Assembly: GCA_030390025.1 (NCBI GenBank)
Contig: JASTWF010000358.1
Span: 1 to 64,000, forward strand
Direction: 5' to 3'
Length of the DNA: 64,000 bases
DNA from: Squalus acanthias
Lineage: Eukaryota
Part shown: in pieces, positions 59,685 through 64,000 of the stretch
How positions within the stretch are numbered: the stretch's first letter is position 1
Layout: each line of letters opens with the position of its first letter
Position numbers and translations under genes: made by a program
The notes under the pieces: generated by a model
Told to the model about the DNA's origin: nothing
The model's database searches: none
The model's input: only the letters and a program-made list of their open reading frames with translations

Positions 59685-60986
59685 TCTAGGATAGTCAGCA
59701 TGGCTTTGTCAGGGGGAGATCATATCTAACCAATTTGATTGAATTTTTCGAGGGGCTGACAATGTCTGTGGATGATGTTAGGGCAGTTGATGTATTCTAC
59801 ATGGACTTAAGTTAGACTTTTGACAAAGTCCCGCATGGGAGACTGATCAAGAACGTTAGAGCCCATTGGATCCAGGGCAATTTGACACGTTGGATCCAAA
59901 ATTGGCTTAGTGGCAGTAGGCAGTAGGTGATGGTCGAAGGTTGTTTTTGTGACTAGAAGCCTGTGTCCATTGATGTACGGCAGGGATCGGTGCTGGGTCC
60001 TTTGATGTTTGTAGTGTACATTAATGATTTAGATATGTATGTAGGAGGTATGATCAGTAAGTTTGCAGGTTATAAGATAATTGGTAGAGTGGTAAATAGC
60101 GAGGAGGGAAGCCTCAGGCTACAGGACGATATAGACGTGTTGATCAGATGGGCAGAAAGTGACAAATGGAATTTAACTCTGAAAAGGCTGAGGTGATGCA
60201 TTTTGGGTGGACTGACAAGGCAATTGAATATGCTATGAATGGTAGCACTCTAGGAAGGACAGACGATCAAAGCAACCTTGGTGTGCATGTACATAGATCC
60301 CTGAAGGCAGCAGGACCGTTAGATAAGGTGGTTAATAAGGCATATGGGATACTTACCTTCAATAGCCGAGGCATAGAATATAAGAGCAGGGAGGTTATGA
60401 TGGAGCTGTACAAAACGCTAGTTATGCCACAGCTAGAATACTGTGTGCAGTTCTGGTCGTCACACTATAGGAAAGATGTGATTGCTTTAGAGAGGGAGCA
60501 GAGGAGATTCACGAGGATGTTATCTGTGCGGGAGCGTTTCAGCTATGAAGAGAGACTGGACAGGCTGGGATTGTTTTCCTTAGAGCAGAAAAGGCACAGG
60601 GGGGATCTGATTGAGGTGTAGAAAATTATGAGCGGCATAGTTATGGTGGATAGAAAGTAACTTTTCCCCTTTGTAGAGGGTTCAATAACCAGGGGGCATA
60701 GATTCAAGGTAAGGGGCAGGAGGTTTAGAGGGGATTTGAGGAAAATGTTTTTCACCCAGATAGTGGTTGGAATCTGGAACTCACTGCCTAAAAGGGTCTT
60801 AGAGGCAGGAACCCTCAGAACATTCAAGAAGCATTTTGATGAGCACTTGAAACGCGATAGCATACAAGGCTACGGACCAAGTGCTGGAAAATGGGATTCG
60901 AGTAGATAGGGCATTAGGACGGAGCAGACACGATGTGCCGAACGCTCTCTTTCTGTGCTGTATAACTCTATGTTTCTATGATTCTA

Positions 60987-61160
60987 GTTTAAAGATATAG
61001 TCTCTCCATCAGGGACTCCTTTTAATGATGCAGTCTCAACATCAGGGACCCTTTTGAAAGAGAGAGTCTCACCATCAGGGATCCCAATTAATTAGGGAGA
61101 CTCACCATCTGGGACCCATTTTAGAGAGATATCACCCCATCAGTGACCCCTTGTAAAAGA
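60987..61160 (-). repeat. 33-bp satellite remnant
   Basis: About 5 degenerate monomers (CATCAGGGACCC...AAAGAG). Confidence 0.88.
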
Positions 61161-61161
61161 A

Positions 61162-62444
61162 GGTCATGAGGACATAGGTCAAGCGCATTGTGGTGCCAGA
61201 AGAACATTCTGCATTTTGCCCCACTTATATTGGTGGCCAGGCATGCTTAAAGCATGTACAACATACGTTGCAAATTGTGAGCCATGCTATTTAACCAATA
61301 ATACATCACTAATTAAGCCATCATCATTGGCTACTGTGAAAGCTGATGAGCCAATGGAAAACATTTTTTATGGAATTTATTGGAGCACTTCCCCCGTCGT
61401 TGGGATATAGACATGTTCTCGTTTGTGTAGATGAATGCACTTCCTTCTGCTGGCTGGTCCCCACAAAAACTGTTTCGGAAAACGCACTCGCCAATGCTAT
61501 TACTGACATAATTACTATAGCTGGTGCTCCCACATTCGTACACTCCGATCAAGGCAGAGCCTTTGTATCCTAGGTCTTCAAAGACTACTGCGAACAAAGG
61601 GGGATTGGGTTAGAGCAAAGCACGCCACGTCATCCGCAATCAGCAGGGCGGGTTGAATGTAAAAACCAGGAAGTAAAAAAGCTATTGGTCAAACTGTTGA
61701 GAATCAGGGGGAATAAGTGAATCATCGTCATTCCGGAGATGCAGCTATCACTTAATAATGTGCCCGCATGTGCATCAGGGACAGTGTCCCCTACAACTAC
61801 ATATTATCTGATGTATGGGGTTGAGAGGTATACACCGCTCACCCATAGTTCTTTTATTGTCTCTACAATCTCTGAGATCTTATGCCGACAGCGACAGTTA
61901 GATTTAAATAAAGAAGTAACAGAGGAGATTCATCGAATTGATGAGAGGATAATGGAGGCAAATAGGCAGAAACAAATGACAAACACAGCATTACAACCCC
62001 TAGTAGGAGAATGGGTACAGGAAAAGAAGTTTGAGCAAAAACCTGGTATTTGACCGAAGTGGGAAAAAGTATGTTTATATACATTCTGTTATTAACCAAA
62101 GAACAGTTAAAATACATATTAATCAGCCGAATGGCAAGCATATTGTTACAACTGTCTCCATAGACAATCTCAAAATTTGTCCTGCGGGATATCGAAATGG
62201 AGGAATAATACAGGGTGCAGTCGTACACTGTCTTTCAAAACACTGCTTGGAGCACGACACAGGAAATGGATGCGATCGAATTACTGACGACGGTCAGTTA
62301 GACGGTGTCGCCGACTCCTCAACACGATGCTTGGCAAAGCCTCAGGAATTGAATTCGCGAAACGCAACAACCAAAACAATGAAAGATCAACGAGTTACTT
62401 CAACAAAGGAGGAAGACACCGCGGATAAAGAAGAAATCAACTGA
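61162..62444 (+). pseudogene. pol: Spumavirus(foamy)-like retroviral integrase pseudogene
   Basis: H..AHCG..LYWWP..CEPC; FFMEFIGALPPSLGY; VHSDQG-x-STPRHPQSAGRVE with D-x35-E spacing; VGEWVQE; TVSIDNLK. Two frameshifts and three stops. Confidence 0.85.
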
Positions 62445-62820
62445 GCACCTGGCAAGGCCTTTACGAAAGCACAAATCTGTCCACACGCCGAATTTAAGGA
62501 ACAGCAATCAAGCTTCAGCTAGATCCAAATGATGTCTCCTTGACTCGTATGAATAACTCCCCCCTACGGAACGTACATCTGCCGATTGGACATTCCAAGT
62601 ATATTTTGTTCCGCTAATTGCATGACAATGTACTTATCATCCTTGTAAATTGTGTTCAATTTTAAATAATTCAAAAACATTGTCCTACCTTGATTTAAAG
62701 GAATTTTCACGTAGCACATGATTAGGCTTTTGTTAATCGTGTGAAATTAATGTGCTATTGTAACCTTTTTAGTAACATTGACCAAACTCTGCCCTAATGT
62801 TTTGAGTTATTTTTTTTTTC

Positions 62821-62830
62821 AAGAGGGGAG
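62821..62830 (+). other. Polypurine tract (3' PPT)
   Basis: T-run, then AAGAGGGGAG immediately followed by TGTG. Confidence 0.75.
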
Positions 62831-64000
62831 TGTGAAGGATTACGTCATATTCAGAAAAAATACACCATCCTATGAAATATTCTGGCATTTGTAACATGAC
62901 ATACTGGGCTTGAAAATTTGGAAGCCTCAACAATCTGAAGCTTTGAATAGCATACAGGCTGTTGGGATAAGATAAGTTGTTGACACTGAATCCATATCCT
63001 TAATGAAACAAAAGGTTGGAGGTTTTTAAAAGTCTGAAGCCTTGGAAAGAACATTATGGTATACCCAGTTAAGGTGTCTTAAACCAACACTTTGGAAGGA
63101 ATCACAGAAAGATAAAGAAACATGTGCCTTCGTATAAAGGACATCAAATAGAACCACTGCTTTTACACTGTTTTTTATGATGAGCTTCGAACACCTAGGG
63201 TAGAGACATACATCTTAATGCAACCAGTTGAGGTAACTAAGAAGCCAATGGTGCATCCGGTTGAGGTGTTCTAAATGCAAAAGATACAAACAGAAGAACT
63301 TGGTAAGAATGGCATCAAGTGGGGAAGGCCCCACCCGCCACAGTGATTTTGTATTGAATTTGAAACATCTTAAGGTAGAGACACGAGTCTGATTGTTACC
63401 AGCTGAACTGACTGTAAGAATAGAAGGGGTCAACAGAAAAATGACTAGAGATAATTAGCTTACTTCAGCAGAAAACTTCAAAGGAAGTAACAATGAGAAA
63501 GGTAATAAAAATTGGACTTTCGACGGGAAGATAGATTCGCTTGAAGGGGAAAAGCGATTCTCAGGCTTCAGAGGCAAGCTCTGTAAGTCTTCAACTCTTT
63601 GTATCTCGGGGATCAAAAATGTACTTGTATTTGATTTTGGTGGATATCCTGGAATAAGACAAAGAAATGTAAAAATGTAAAGAAGTTAAGATTTGAGAAT
63701 AAGGATCTCTGATAAGATTGCAAAAGCTTATTCTTTTTGGAATTTAAAAGTTGCGAATGAATCATCAACTGTAAATTACATGTCGGTTCTTTAATAAATC
63801 TATATATTTTTAGATTTGTCTCACATAGTACTTCTGTATGAAACTCGAAAATTCAAACTCTGTGCACTCTTTGGTGAGGAGTTGCAGAAATCTGAGGGAG
63901 CTTTCCAAACACTCATAATAGCCGGAACGTTACAGTCTAGCTAAACTTATTAAAAGTGCTGTCCGGAGGACGGTAACATCATCAGGCTGTTAATTTCCTT
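62831..64000 (+). mobile_element. Putative 3' LTR (at least 1170 bp, probably runs off the window)
   Basis: Begins TG right after the PPT and downstream of IN; AT-rich; right boundary not identified. Confidence 0.6.

Larger units (their letters stand above)
55084..60986 (+). mobile_element. Old 5'-truncated CR1 LINE (55084-55226 and 59685-60986) split by a Penelope insertion
   Basis: PLFKK..DKPGNYSPVSLT before the insertion and [34 protein letters not shown] after it, with stops and frameshifts. 3' tail TCTATG..TCTATGATTCTA. Confidence 0.92.

Overview
Repeat-only vertebrate heterochromatin-like DNA. The CR1 and Penelope families suggest a cartilaginous fish, but this is an inference. No host protein-coding gene is supported. 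From left to right: (1) 1-18.3 kb holds about 9.6 copies of a ~1.9-kb tandem unit carrying tRNA-Asp(GTC), tRNA-Glu(TTC), tRNA-Asp relics and two CR1 fragments, with the Glu copies decaying toward the array edge. (2) A 33-bp palindromic-core satellite shows higher-order repeats at 18.3-27.6 kb, is diverged and monomeric further right, and inverts strand at ~37,010. It hosts (3) a near full-length young CR1 LINE (27.8-32.4 kb), (4) four head-to-tail PIF/Harbinger transposons with a Myb/SANT gene and a convergent DDE transposase (38.0-54.6 kb), and (5) an old CR1 interrupted by an intact Penelope-like element with two hammerhead ribozymes (55.2-59.7 kb). (6) From 61.2 kb to the end lies a decayed foamy-virus-like integrase, then a PPT and a long putative LTR, with no room for a full env. 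All calls come from manual reading and recalled family motifs; no searches were run.
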